A stretch of 64,000 bases of DNA from the human T2T-CHM13v2.0 reference genome, Homo sapiens. Where the stretch lies: assembly GCF_009914755.1 (NCBI RefSeq), contig NC_060935.1, one strand, 5' to 3'. The notes beneath the pieces were generated by a model. That model was not told where the DNA came from and searched no databases. It saw nothing but the letters and a program-made list of their open reading frames with translations. Numbering within the stretch: position 1 is the stretch's first letter; each line of letters starts with the position of its first letter. Positions 49,080-63,499 of this stretch are shown piece after piece. The position numbers and the translations under genes are program-made.

Positions 49080-49081
<2 letters not shown>

Positions 49082-50728
49082 AACCACGGGCCAATATCCC
49101 TGATAAATATTGATGCAAAAATCCTCAACAAAATACTAGCAAAGCAAATTCAGCAACACCTTAAAAAAGATCACTCTTCATGACCAAGTGGGAGTTATCC
49201 CAGGAATGCAAGGATAGTTCAACATATGCAAATCACTTTATGTGATACATCGTATCAACAGAATGAAGGACAAAACCACATGAGCATTTCAATTGATGCT
49301 GAAAAAGCACTTGATAAAATTCCACATCCCTTCAACATAAAAACTGTCAAAAACCTAGGTATAGAAGGAACATACCTCAACATAATAAAAGCCATATATG
49401 ACAGACCCACAGCTAGTAACATACTGAATGGGGAAAAACTGAAGGCCTTTCCTCTAAGACCTGGAACATGACAAAGATGCCCACTTTCATCACTGTTATT
49501 TAACACAGTAGTGGAAATCCTAGCTAGAGCAATCAGACAAGAGAAGAAAATAAAGGGCATCCAAGTTGGAAAGAAAGAAGTCAAATTATCCTTGTTTGCA
49601 GATGATGTGGTCTTATATTTGGAAAAATCTAAAGACCCCACAAAAAAACTATTAGAACTGATAAATTCAGTAAAGTTGCAGGATACAAAGTCAACATACA
49701 AAAATCAGTAGCATTTCTATATGCCAACAGTAAACAATCTGAAAAACAAATCAAGAAAGTAATCCCATTTAAAATAGCTACAAATAAAATACCTAGGAAT
49801 AAACTTAACCAAAGAAGTGAGAGATCTCTACAATGAAAATTATAATACACTGATGCAAGAAATTGAAGAGGACCCAAAAATGGTAAGATATTTCATGTTC
49901 ATGGACTGGAAGAATCAATATTGTTAAAATGTCTGTATTGTCTAAAGCAATCTACAGATTCAGTGCACCCCCTATCACAATACCAATGACATTCTTCACA
50001 GAAATAGTAAAAACACTCCTCAAACTTATATGGAATCACTAAAGTCCCAGAATAGTCAAAGCTATCCTGAGCAAAAGAACAAAACTGGAGGGAGCACATT
50101 ACCTGAGTTCAAATTATACTACAGAGTCATAGTAACCAAAACAGTATGTACTGACATAAAAACAGACACGTAGACCAATGGAACAGAATAGAAAACCCAG
50201 CAAACAAATCCATATGTCTACGACAAACTCATTTTTGACAAAGGTGCCAAGAACATGCATTGGGAAATGGACAGTCTCTTCAATAAACGATGCTGGGAAA
50301 ACTGGATGTCCATATGCAGAAGAATGAAACTAGACCCCTATCTCTCACCATATAAAAAAAACAAATCAAAGTGAATTCAAGAATTAAATCTAAGACTTCA
50401 AACTATGAAACTACTAAAAAGACATTGGAGAAACTCTCCAGGACATTGGAGTGGGCAAAGACTGCTTGAGTAATCCCTACAAGCACAGGCAACCGAAGCA
50501 AAAATGGACAAATGGGATCACATCAAGTTAAAAAGCTTCTGCACAGCAAAGGAAACAATGAGACAGCCTGCAGAATGGGAGAAAATATTTGCAAAGTGCC
50601 CATCTGACAAGGGACTAATAACCAGAATATGTAAGGAGCTCAAACAACCGCACAAGGAAAACATCTAATAATCCAATTAAAAGATGGGCAAAAGACCTGA
50701 ATAGACATTTCTCGAAAGAAGACAAATG

Positions 50729-51034
50729 GATGAAACTGGAAACCATCATTCTCAGCAAACTATCGCAAGGACAGAAAACCAAACACCGCATGTTCTCACT
50801 CATAGGTGGGAACTGAACAATGAGAACACATGGACACAGGAAGGGGAACATCACACACTGGGGACTGTTGTGGGGTTGGGGGGAGGGGGGAGGGATAGCA
50901 TTAGGAGATATACCTAATGCTAAATGACGAGTTAATGGGTGCAGCACACCAACATGGCACATGTATACATATGTAACAAACCTGCACATTGTGCACATGT
51001 ACCCTAAAACTTAAAGTATAATAATAATAAAAAA
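50729..51034 (+). mobile_element. Short L1PA3/4 3' end
   Basis: CTATCGCAAGGAC, GCTAAATGACGAGTTAATGGG and CACCAACATGG diagnostics. TSD ACAAATG at 50722-50728 and 51035-51041. Confidence 0.9.
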
Positions 51035-51805
51035 ACAAATGACAAATAAATAAATGAAAAGGTACTCAACGTCACTGATCATCAGAGAAATGCAAATGAA
51101 AACTATAATGAGATATGACCCCACCCTGGTCAATATAGCTTTTATCCAAAAGATAGGCAATAATGGATGCTAGTGAGGATGTGGAGAAAAGGGAATCCTT
51201 GTACACTGTTGGTGGGAATGTAAGTTACTACAACCACCGTGGAGGACAGTTTCGAGGTTCCTCAAAACTAAAAATAGAGCTACCTCTGATCCAGCAGTCC
51301 CACTCTAGTTATATATCCAGAAGAAAGAAAATCAGTCCAGCAGAGAAGGATCCGCACTCCTGTGTTTATTGCAGCACTATTCACAATAGCCAAGATTTGG
51401 GAGCAAACTGAGTGTCCATCAACAGATGAATGGATAAAGAAAATGCTGTGTATACACGCAACGGTATACTAGTTAGCCATGAAAAAGAATGAGAACGTGT
51501 CATTTGCAACAACATGGATGGAACTGGAGGTCACTATATTAAGTGAAATAAGCCAGGCACAGAAAGACAAACTTTGCATGTTCTCACTTATTTGTGGGAG
51601 ATAAAGATTAAAACAATTGAACTCGAGATAGAGTAAAAGGATGGTTACCAGAGGCTGGGAAGGGTAGTGGGGGTTGTGAGGGAAGTAGAGATGGTTAATG
51701 GAAACAAAAAAAAAATAGAAAAATGATTAAAACCTGGTATTTGATAGCACAACAGGGTGACTATAGTCAATGATTTAATTATACATTTAAAAATAACTAA
51801 AAGAG

Positions 51806-52180
<375 letters not shown>

Positions 52181-52271
52181 TTATTATGTACTGTCTGTCT
52201 ATGTTAGAATATCTCATGGACCCCATAAACCTATACACCTACTATGTACCCACAAAAAGCAAAAAGAAAAA

Positions 52272-53638
52272 GAGCTTATGGGTATCAATTTTTCTGTTAG
52301 TAACGCTTTTGTTGTGTCCCAGCAAGTTTTGGTACATTGTCTTCTCATCTTTATTTGCATTTAAGTATTTTCTAATTTCCCTTCTGATTTTTTTTTTTTT
52401 TAATTTAAGTCCCAGGACACATGTGCAGGACATGCAGGTTTGTTACGTAGGTAAATGTGTGCCACGGTGGTTTGCTGCACCTGTCAACCCATCACCTAGG
52501 TGTTAAGCCCTACATGCATTAACTATTTATTCTGATGCTCTCTCTCCCTCTGCCCCCCTTTTTCTTTGATTCATTGGTTAAGAGTATGTTGTTTCATTTC
52601 CATACATTTGTTAATTTTTCCATTTTACTTCTATTATTGATTTCTAAGCTTATCCCATTATCGTTGGAGAAGATCCTTTGTATGACTGGCATCTTTTTGA
52701 GTACTTTGAGACTTAATTCGTGGCCTGATCTCTCCTGGGAACATTTCCACGTGCACTTGGGATGCACATGCATGCTGTGGTCATGGGTCGAGTGTTCTCT
52801 GCATGTTGGTTAGATCTAGGTGGCTTATTGTGTTAAGTCCTCTATTCTGTAACTTATCTTCTGCCTGGTTGTTCTATTCATTATAGAGAATGTGGTACTG
52901 AAGTCTCTCACCATCATTGTAGAACTATTTCTCCCTTCGGTTCTGTAAATTTTTCCTTTGTGTCTTTTGATCGTTAGCTGTTAGAGGCATAAATGTTTAT
53001 AATGGTTATCTGTAACATCTTCTTGCAGCCTCGAACCTTTAAGTGTGCAGCGTCCTCTTTTGTCTCTTGTGACCTTTCTAGGTTTATTATAAAACCATTT
53101 TTGGCTGATGTTAGTGTAGCCACTCTGCTTTTTGTGTTTGCCATTTGCATGGAACCTCTTTCTCCACTCTTTCCACCCTTTCACTTTCAATCTTTTTGTG
53201 TCTTTGGCTCTAACGCGAGTCTCTAGTAGACAGCATGTAGCTGGATCATGTTTATCTATTCTGCCACTGCCGATATCACCTTTTGATATACAGACTTTAC
53301 ATTTTCATAAAATTTAATTTGTCCACGTGCTTAGCCCCTGTGATCCAGCAATCCCACTGCTAGTTATATATCCAAAAAGAAAGAAAATCAGTCCAGCAGG
53401 GACAGATCCGCACTCCTACGTTTACTGCGGCACTGTTCACCGGAGCCTGTGCCTTCAATGTCATATTCAAGAAATCATCCTCAAATCCAAAGTCTTTCTA
53501 TTTTCTCCTATGTGTTCCTATTGCTTTAGGTCTTACATTTATACCTTTGACCCATATTGAGTTAATTTTTTATATCCAGCTTTATTCTTTTGCATGTAGA
53601 TACTCAGTTATCCCACCATCATTTGTCGAAAAGACTAT
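52272..53638 (-). mobile_element. L1MB-type element, part 2 (EN region), plus an adjoining L1 piece at 53280-53638
   Basis: Continues 36304 across the L1MA. ORF 52981-53190 (MKVKGWK..FHANG) is EN-like. Confidence 0.75.
52389..52558 (-). mobile_element. Short L1PA8-10-like 3' end
   Basis: T tail plus CATGTGCAGGACATGCAGGTTTGTTAC..CACCTAGGTGTTAAGCCC. Confidence 0.85.
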
Positions 53639-53639
53639 A

Positions 53640-54570
53640 CGTGAACTTTTTGAATTTGCTTTTCTCACGTAATAGTATTTCCTAGAGACCACTACATATC
53701 AGTTCGTGGGGTCCTTCCATATTCTTTTTTGCAGCCACCCCATACTTTATGGTTGGATGTGCCATGCTTATTCAAACCCTCTCCTATTTATGGGCATTTA
53801 GGTTGTTCTGATATTGTGCAATGATAAATAATGTTGCAAAGTATAGCCTTATACATATGTCTATTGTATTCTTGAAACAATGTTGCAAAGAATAACTTCG
53901 TAGGTATGGATGTTCCTATTGTTGGAGGTGTTATCTTCAGGGTAGATTCCTAGAAATGGGAGTGTTGGGCTGAAAGAGAAGCCCGTAGTTTTGTTGGATG
54001 TGACCAAATTTCCCTGCAGAACGGTTGCACATTTGCACTCCCCCAGCAATGCATGAGCATACCGGTTTTTTCTACAGTTGCGCCAGCAGCGTGCTGTCAC
54101 ACCATTTTTTGCCAGGTCCATAGCTTTGTTTTAATCTGTATTTCTGTAATTACATTGAATTTGAATGTTTTCCCTGTGTCTAAAAGTCATGTGTGTGTGT
54201 ATTTGTAAATCGTCTGTCTTCTCATTTCCAACTTCTTCCATTGGGTTTTTGGTTCTTGGTCTCTCAATTTTTAAGTCATTTATATTGTGGGAACGTTTGT
54301 CTGGACTAATGTGAATTGTTTTCCCAGCTGGTCACTTGTCTTTGACTTTGCTTATGGTGCTTTTTGCTATGAGAAATTTCGCATGTTTATATCATCAAAT
54401 TTATCATGCTTCTTTCTACTGACTCTGGATTCAGGGCCACAGTTGAGAGCTTTTTCCTCCACCGAGGTTAAGGGGAATCCACTGTGTTTTCTTCTGGAGG
54501 TTTGGGGTCTTGTCTTCAGCATTTAGCTCCTTGTCCGTTTGGAGTTTGCTCTTGTGCATGATCTAAGGTA
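53640..54570 (-). mobile_element. L1MC4-like element, part 2
   Basis: TTGCTTTTCTCACGTAATAGTATTTCCTAGAGACCACTACATATCAGTTC continues the motif interrupted at ~32830. Confidence 0.65.
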
Positions 54571-54699
54571 ATCTTTTCTCAGAGAGTGGCCTGAGACCTC
54601 TTCCTTAGAAGTTCACCCCACTGGCTGGGGCCTTCACGAGGCCCCTCTGGCCTCTAAGTGGAGCACGGAGTGTTGGGTCATCGGGCAGGACACGAGATG

Positions 54700-55270
54700 C
54701 GCAGGAGGCTGTGACTGAGGTGGCTGTGGGATGGGACGGCGTGGTTTGCTCTAGAGGGTTTGAAGGAAGGGTGAGAAGTCAGGACCACTGCTGTAGAAAA
54801 CAGGGTTTGCAGGTAGATAAGGTGGCGGGTGCAGGGGGAGGAAGAGAAAAGGATGCTGCTGGGACCCCTCGCACCTGGGAGGATGCACTTTCTGTTTCTG
54901 ACATGGGTCAGGGTTGGGGCGAAGGAGTCCAGCTGGGGACATGTTATTTTGGAGGTGTTTGTGAGGCAGCCAGGTGAGGTGGGTTGAAGGCAGTAAGACC
55001 TGCAGGTGGGAGCTCTGGGGAGAGAGTGCGGGCTGGGCTCACAAGTTAGGGGAGGTGTCAGTGTGTAAATGACATGAGCGCAGGGGCTAGACAGGGCCTC
55101 CTGTAGCCTGGGTGGGTGGAAGGGCAGAGGGCGAGGGCCAAGTGATGGCAGCTGTGGAGGCTGAGGGCAAGGAAGGCAAGTCCGGGAGGTTGGGTGTCCT
55201 GCAGCCTCCACAGGGGCAATGGAGGAAGAACAAAGGACTCTGTGTTGAGCCCTCCTGAGAGGTTTTGGAA
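54700..55270 (-). mobile_element. L2 fragment
   Basis: GGACATGTTATTTTGGAGGTGTTTGTGAGGCAGCCAGGTG..GGAGCTCTGGGGAGAG motif. Confidence 0.65.
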
Positions 55271-55322
55271 CTGGCCTTGACTTGGTGATGTGGGGTTATG
55301 AGTTTTATTCCACACACGTATG

Positions 55323-55939
55323 TGGGAGTCTGGGTCCTGGTGGGTCCCAGCCCCGTACATGGAGGCTGGGACCCTGCCCTGAAACCTCTCAGACACAAAC
55401 ACCCAGCTCGGCCCCACAGAGCTGGCCTGGGCCCCAGCAGGGGTCTGTGTTGCCTTGGCCCCACGGCAGTGGAGCTGGGGTTTCCCAGGGATGCTGCTGC
55501 TGAAGGTGAGGTTTGCAAACACTAGGCATGCATGTTTGAGGTACCACAACCTCCACCAACCCATGGTGGTCACCAAGGGTCTTTGGGCTCCTGTGGGGAC
55601 CATACTGGCTTGTCTGACTTGCCGTTACCCGGCGGAGATATGTCTTGGAAAGACTTTAGGCCAGGAGCCCATCATTGTCCTGGAACCTGGGCTTGGCAGG
55701 GCAAGCTTTGGGGAGCACTGTCCAGACAGTGCCCTGGACACTGCACCTCAGGTCAGGACACAGCTCCCGAGGCCTGGCTGCTCTGCATGGGGAGGAGTGT
55801 GGGTCCTGAGTGGAGTGTCCCATCTGTCATGCAGAGAGGGTGATGATATAACCAGCTGGGTGTTCGCACCTGAGAGGTTTTGGGGCAGGGTACCAGCCTC
55901 CATGTACGGGGCTGGGACCCACCAGGACCCAGACTCCCA
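55323..55939. repeat. 86-bp inverted repeat (55323-55408 / 55854-55939) with a 445-bp spacer
   Basis: 79/86 identical by manual alignment. The outer 47 bp are perfect. Confidence 0.95.
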
Positions 55940-56889
55940 GACTAGCAGGTGGGCTTCTCAGAGCACAGAGGGTGTGGGTGACCCAGATATCCTGTTGTTG
56001 CTCAGAGACCCCCAGGGAATCCTTGAAGATGGCAGTGACCACCTGGCTTCCTCTATAGAAACTCCCCGAATGGGAGGGATGGGAAAGACTGTTGAACTAA
56101 GCTTTTTAGGAAGAAAGCCATCAATTCCCCTGCTCTCATACAGGCTTGAGGAGGGCTAAGGAAAGTCACAGTTGAATGCATGCTCCCTCCACACCCATGT
56201 GCCTGATGCACACAGCCTGGCCCTTGTGGGCACTGGAGGGCACCCTACAGTCACAGAGGCAAATGAAGAATGTAGAGCTCCAGCTGGATGAGGGCCGTGG
56301 GGAAGGGGCACAGCCCTGGGCAAGGGTGTGCAGAGTCTGCATGGGATTTGACTGAGCAATCTGGAAGGCTTCCTGGAGGAGGAGCTATTGCTCAGGGTGA
56401 AATAGAGGTCTTGAAATTAGTACAACACATGCCCCATACTGGGGAATTTGGGGGTCCCTGGGGGAAGGACTCTGTTACCAAAAGCACACAGCACAGGTTG
56501 GGAGAGCAACTATCTCAAGGCTTTTATTTGCTGTTTCATGAAACTGAAAATTTAAGTTTTTAATATCACATATTATTTCATGAAGAGTGGCTTCGGACTT
56601 TGGGGTAGGGTCTGGTAGGATCCCAGGGCCCCTTCCCTTGGCATCATCATTGTTTCCCCTCCATGTTCAAGTTCAGCATCTCTGCACCCCTTGCCTGGCA
56701 AACCCCATCTTCCTGTCCAAAGCCAGACTTGGCTCCCTTTGCTCCAGTGAGTGGCCGTTGGCTGGGAGGCTGGGTCTGTGCTGTGTGGGGGGTGTTTGGT
56801 GTCCTAGGAGGAGTCTCTGTCCTGAGCAGAGACAGAGGAAGGCAGGGCAGCCTGCTCAGAGGATGAGCCCAGCTATTCTGGGAAGCAGG

Positions 56890-57185
56890 CAGGAAGTGGC
56901 AGCTCCAGGTCCGGGTGTGAGGGCAGTAGTGCAGGTCGTGGTCCCAGATGGCCACGGAGGTGTCAGCGTTTCACTCCCAGCACGTCACGCCACGTCCCTT
57001 TCCTCTGCTTTGTTCCTCCTCAGCTGTGAACTGTCTGGGACTGGGCCAGGAGACAGTCCTGGGATAGGGAAAGAAAAGAGGGGCTTCCGGGGGTGGGGAG
57101 CGGGGCTGGGCGGCTGCTGGCTGAGCCAAGTGGACTGGGAGGTGTGGACAGGGAACCCTGGCGGGGCCGGCCAATGGTGGCGTGA
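56890..57185. promoter_or_regulatory. Promoter/enhancer-like motif cluster
   Basis: ETS CAGGAAGTG at 56890, CACGTCACGCCACGTC at 56981-56996, ETS CTTCCGG at 57084, GC box GGCGGGGC at 57160, CCAAT at 57171. Confidence 0.35.
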
Positions 57186-57318
57186 TGCAGCCTGGCTTGG
57201 GAAATGCCCATGGAGGTGACAAGTGACAGCCGGGAACAGACCCACTGCCAGGGCTGCCTCTCTCTTTAGATATGTCCTGGCATCTGACTTTGGTTTCCTG
57301 GTGTTTAAAGGCTAATTG

Positions 57319-57643
<325 letters not shown>

Positions 57644-57646
57644 GGT

Positions 57647-57950
57647 TTGTTGGACATGTTAGCTCACGCCTGCAATCTCAGCATTTGGGGAGGCTGAGGC
57701 AAGTGGATTGCTTGAGGCCAGGAGTTTGAGACCAGCCTGACCTGCCTGGGCAACATGGTGAAACCCCGTCTCTACTAAAAATACAAAAATTAGCTGGGTG
57801 TGGTGGCTCACATCTGTAGTCCCAGCTACCCTGGAGGCTGAGGTGGGAGGATCACTTGAGCCCAGGGGTAGAGGTTGCAGTGAGCTCAGATTGTGCCACT
57901 GCACTCCAGTCTGGGTGTCAGAACCAGGCCCTTTCTCAAAGGAACAAACA
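57647..57950 (+). mobile_element. AluJ/Sx, in tandem with the previous Alu
   Basis: Second full Alu in the tail region of the first. Confidence 0.88.
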
Positions 57951-58791
57951 AGGCTAACATGTTGGGCTTTCTCTGCTTCTGGGCAATGTCCGTGAAATTG
58001 AAGCCGCACTGGTGTTGTTCCACCCTTCCTTCCAGCTGGTCTCTGAGGCCCAGGCCAGATGCTTCTCTGGTTAGCAGCAGATTCTAGGCCAGAGCCTGCC
58101 TCCAGGTCCTGGGAAGGCTGGCACGCTCAGATGCACTCCTGGGCGTGGCCTTCCTCCGATCACAGTGTGAGCGAATCTCCCTGCCCATCACTCTGCTCCC
58201 CTGGCCCAGACCAGGCCATGCCTCAGGGCTTCTGCACGTGCAGTTTTCTCTGCCTGCAGGGTCTGTCCCTAGCTCTCTACCCGATTCAGATCCCACACCA
58301 GCTCCTGGGGCAGCCCTCTTGCCCTGCCTCTCCCCGAGACGTCACCCTTTCTCTTTTCCCCATTGGTGGTGGTTTTATGTGTTCATTTACGGTTTATTTT
58401 CTCTCTCCCTGTGTCTGTTATCTGTCTCTGCACCCCTGGAGCCCAGCGTGGTGCCAGGCACACACTACGTGCCTCCTGGGTTGGGGGCAGCAGGGACAAA
58501 AGCCAGGCATGGGATGTGGCTCTTGTGGGATGCACCTTGGGTGTGGCTGTCACGGAAAAGGAGGAGACGTGGGGTGGGGAAGGGGGCAGCCCCTACTGTT
58601 CCTGGCAGCAGGGCCAGAATTGAGAGCCAGAGGTTGCCACTGGAGGGCTTCCTGGGGAGGCAGCTGGCACCGCCTGATTCCTGTTTCTGAATGCCCTCTC
58701 ACTCTCCCCCACCCCCATGGAACCAGAACCACCTCGTCAGGCCCAGCAGCCCTTCAGGGTCAGTCTCTGCATGGGTGGTAATATGGCTTAC

Positions 58792-58885
58792 CTGAGTCCT
58801 GGTCAGTCTGTGGCCTGGGAGTCCACCCTCCATGACTAGTGGTTTGTGGCAGGTGACGGGTGAGTGGTCTCCATGCTCCCAGCCG
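58792..58885 (-). other. Candidate exon (94 nt)
   Basis: Acceptor CACCTCTACACAG| and donor CAG|GTAAGC. Confidence 0.3.
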
Positions 58886-60575
58886 CTGTGTAGAGGTGCC
58901 AACCTGCCCCTCCTGCCAGAGCTGGGCTCCTGTTGGGCGGGACTGAGGATACCGAGACAGAAATAAAACTGCTAAATGCATCTGTTGTTGAATAATTCAA
59001 TGCCCCATGCCAGGCCTGTTGCAAAATTAGCCACTTCCTCCCTCCAGGCCCATGAGTGACTCCTGGATTTGGTGAAAGCCAGGCCTAGTGGAATTGTGGC
59101 CCGGAAGGTTCTCTGGGAGCTGGGAACCTCCATGCAGGAGCCCAGGGGAGGGGGTGCTTGGCCACATGCGGGCCCCTCAATCTGCCCTGTGGAGCCCGGC
59201 CTGGCCTGCAGCCCCCTGTGCAGGGAAAAACCCGCGGTTTTCCCTGGTGGAGGGCACAGGTCAGAGCGGGCATGGACAGGGCATGAGGAAGCAGTGCAGA
59301 GGAAGCGTGAGCATTTGTCTCGGGCCAGCTGGAGAAAGGAAATGGGGCTGCTTCCTGGAGGGCAGAGACATCAGGGGCTGCGCTGTCGGGCTCGGCGTGC
59401 AAGATTTGTGTCTCATCCCAGGGTTAGGTGCCTCCCAAATGCCAGGGCTTCCCATGGGCCATACACACTCAGTCGAACAAGATTTGCACAAAACCTGGGC
59501 CATAAGCTCGCTGAGCACTTGGCCTGCCCAGCCGGTGACAATGAGAACCGCACATGCTCAGCCTTCCCTGGACTCAGGGCCCTACGGGTGCTGGAGCCGG
59601 GGCGGGAGAGGGCCGCAGGCTGCCCCTGCCTCTGCATCCTCCCCGTCGATGCCTGGGGCCACTGGGATTGGCAGAAAAGGGATGCCCCCGAGATGGGCAG
59701 CCAGGAGAACTGTCTGTCTCCTATCCCAATATGCCTACCTCCCTCTCTGAATCCCCATTTCCCCCTCATCCTTGCCCCCACACACCCAGATTTGCAATGG
59801 GACACACGGCCACCTGGGATGACAACCCCTCCCAGTCTTCCCTCAAGACAAGTGTGGCCATGACCGCATGGGGCCAGCAGGGTGTGAGTTGAAGTGTCCC
59901 GCAGTGGCTTCCGGGGATGTGCAGCCCTGCCCTGAGGCCCTCTGGCCGCCTCTTGCTCTCTGAGCAGGGATGTCCGTGCCTTGGGCCTGAGGCTGAGCTG
60001 GGCTAGGTCCCTGGGTGTCTGGGGCCACACTCTCTGGTCCAGCCTGCTGTTACAGGGGATGCCTCAGGGCCACCACTGGTCATGGAGGCTGGGGGCGCCT
60101 GCCTGTCTGCCCGCCTGGAGTTCAGGTAAACAACCCCACTGAGGAGGCACCCCTAGCCCTGGGAGTTGGCGTGTCCTGCTCCCCAGGGCGGTCTGTCCCC
60201 TTGGCGAGATCCTTGCTGTGTCAGCAGAGGGTTTTCCTGGCCCAGGGTCTTGGGGAGCAGATGATGGGGCTTTAGGAGCTCTGGCTCTGGGAAGGCAGTG
60301 GACCCTGGAGCAGGGATCTTGGGAGGATGGAGAGTTGGCGGCTCAGGAAGGAGGCTGCTCAAGTCCCGGCCTGCTCACTGGGAAGAGCGGTCCTTGGAGG
60401 AGAGAGCTCCCGAGGAGAAAGCCATGATGCTGTGCTGCGCTCTGGGCCACCAGGTCTTGTCTGGGGGGAATCCTGACCCTGTGTGATGTGAGTGCAGGGA
60501 CTCCCCCACCCTCCGACCAGGACCTTTGTACTCTCCTGGCCGTGTCATTGCACAACTCCAGGGGCCGTCACTCAC

Positions 60576-60655
60576 CTGAGCCCTATTTGCTCTTCTTGGC
60601 TGTTCCCTGATATGGCCACGCAGAGACTATCTCTAAGTGTCAGTTCTGGACTCAG
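60576..60655 (-). other. Candidate exon (80 nt; an alternative acceptor gives 60576-60716)
   Basis: Acceptor AACCTTTCCAG| and consensus donor CAG|GTGAGT. Confidence 0.3.
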
Positions 60656-61494
60656 CTGGAAAGGTTTCATGACCTCAAGGGACCCATGGGACTTGAGGGT
60701 GGGGCAGCTGTTTGCCCTGTGGATCAAAGGGGAGTGTCTGGGATGGGATCCACCTGCCCTGCCCTCAAAGTGCTGGGCAGTCCCTCAGAGCCATAGAGCC
60801 TAGGGGGTCTTGGGCCCTCTTCCCCAGGGCATGGCCCAGGCACCTGCTGGCCTGAGGTCCCTGCTGGGCCCAAGGCATCCCTGCCGTGTTCAGAGTTCCA
60901 CAGGCACCAGTCCACCATGCTGGGGCCTACTGGGAGAGACAGCCACCCGCCTGCTGTCGGGAGCCTCCATCACCAGAGCCTGGGGGTGTCCCAGCCACCC
61001 TGGCCGCTGTTTCTCTGCCTCCGCACCGGCCTCTCTCCTGAGTTCCATCCATCCCTGCAGGTTGGGTTCTCCTCTCTCCTCTGGGATCTGCACAGGTTGC
61101 CATTCTCTCTGCCTAGACTGGGCCTCCACCTCTGAGAAGCCCTCCCTTATTGCCCCTTCCAATGGGCTGGGAGAGGGAGGAAGGCCAGGTGCAGAAAGAG
61201 AATTCACCTGCCCGGCTAAAGCCCCACCTGCCTATTTCAAGGCCTCTGATGCCCCCCGGCCTGCAAGGTGTGTGCATGGGGCCTGTCCCATGCTGGCTCA
61301 CCCAGCTGCTCAGAGAGGCAAGTGGCTCCCGGGCCCCACAGTGACACTGGGGGACTCTTTGTCTCCATTTGGGGGGTGTGCAGGTCACTCCTGGTGCCCT
61401 GGTCAGCTTCCCCAACCTGAGCTGCCCTCAGCTCCTGGCTTGGCCCTCCACGGAGTGGGAGATGCCCCCCTCCCCTGCCATTATCGTACCTTAC

Positions 61495-61560
61495 CTCGCT
61501 GGCGGCCATGGAGGCAGTGAGAAGAGCCGAGGGAGCTGGCCGGGGCGCATTTCCGTGCAG
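61495..61560 (-). other. Candidate first exon ending ATG GCC GCC AGC GAG|GTAAGG (MAASE)
   Basis: GCCTCCATGG context (ATG at 61509), strong donor, local CpGs and an ETS site CGGAAAT ~40 bp upstream. The 5' end is unknown. Confidence 0.35.
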
Positions 61561-61865
61561 GACACTGGCTGCCTCCCAGCTCACTCTTAGCCTGGTCATA
61601 GAGCCCGGCAGCATCTTGCCAGGTGCCTGTGGTCCCAGATCCTGGGGCTGCCCCATCTCTGGAATATTGAGGTGTGGCTGGGGCTGATCTGAGGATGAAT
61701 GTGGCTCAGGTTGCCGGGTGCCCTTGACGCATTCCCATGTCCCAGTGGGGAAACCAAGGCTCAAGGAGGCCACACAGCAGCTCCATTTCCAGGGACACCC
61801 AGTGTTCTCTGTAGTGGGTAGGAGGTTTCCCTATACAGGAGACCAAGCTACAGCAAGAAAGACTT

Positions 61866-62692
<827 letters not shown>

Positions 62693-63499
62693 ACTTCTTG
62701 GAGGCTTTAACGCCTGCCCTGTGTGAGGGAGGGCGGAGCCCCTGGCCCAGGGGCGGGGAGGCCTGTCCACCCCTCCCACCCGTCCCCGAGGCCCCTGCTG
62801 CCCAGCAAGACCACCACCCTCTGCTCCAGGACAGCGCAGCCGCCATCAGTGGGGGTGAGGGGACAAGGCTGCTGGGACCAGGCCTCGCCCAGGCAGAGCC
62901 TCGCCATTTCTGGGGTGGGGGGTGCACAGGTGCATCTGGTCTGCCCAGCCCCTCCTCACCCTAGGCAGGCCTCTCACAGAGACAAGACGAGTGTCCTAGG
63001 GCAGATAGGGCCACATCCATGGGGTCACTTCAGTTTGTCCTCCCGGCGCCTTCTAAATATACTCTCTGTGGGTGTCTTATCACAGCCCAGGGAGCCAGGC
63101 TTGGTGTGGCCGGCCCTGGGAGCACAGAGCCCCGTTCCCAGCAGCCCTCGGCCCTGGGGGGCTTGTGCTCTGCCGGGCCACCTGCACCCTCCAGGCCCCA
63201 GGAGAAGCTCATGCCTTTCCTGCTTGCACCCCAGAGCCTGGCCACCCCTGTCCTCTGCTGAGGCCCTGACCACCTCTATGTGTGCCATGGCTGCAGTGAC
63301 AGCCCAGACCCCAGGGGCCGGGCATCCCACAGCTCTCCTCACTGAGCCCCTGGGCCTATCCACCCACGCCCAGGCCAGGGCTCCTGCTGGAATCTCCCTG
63401 TGGAAGGCCAGGCTGCCTGGATGCCCACCACTCCAGGCTTACTTCTGGGTTGTAGTTTTCGGGGTGCTTCGAGGTGCTGTGGGGACCTGTGATGCTGTC

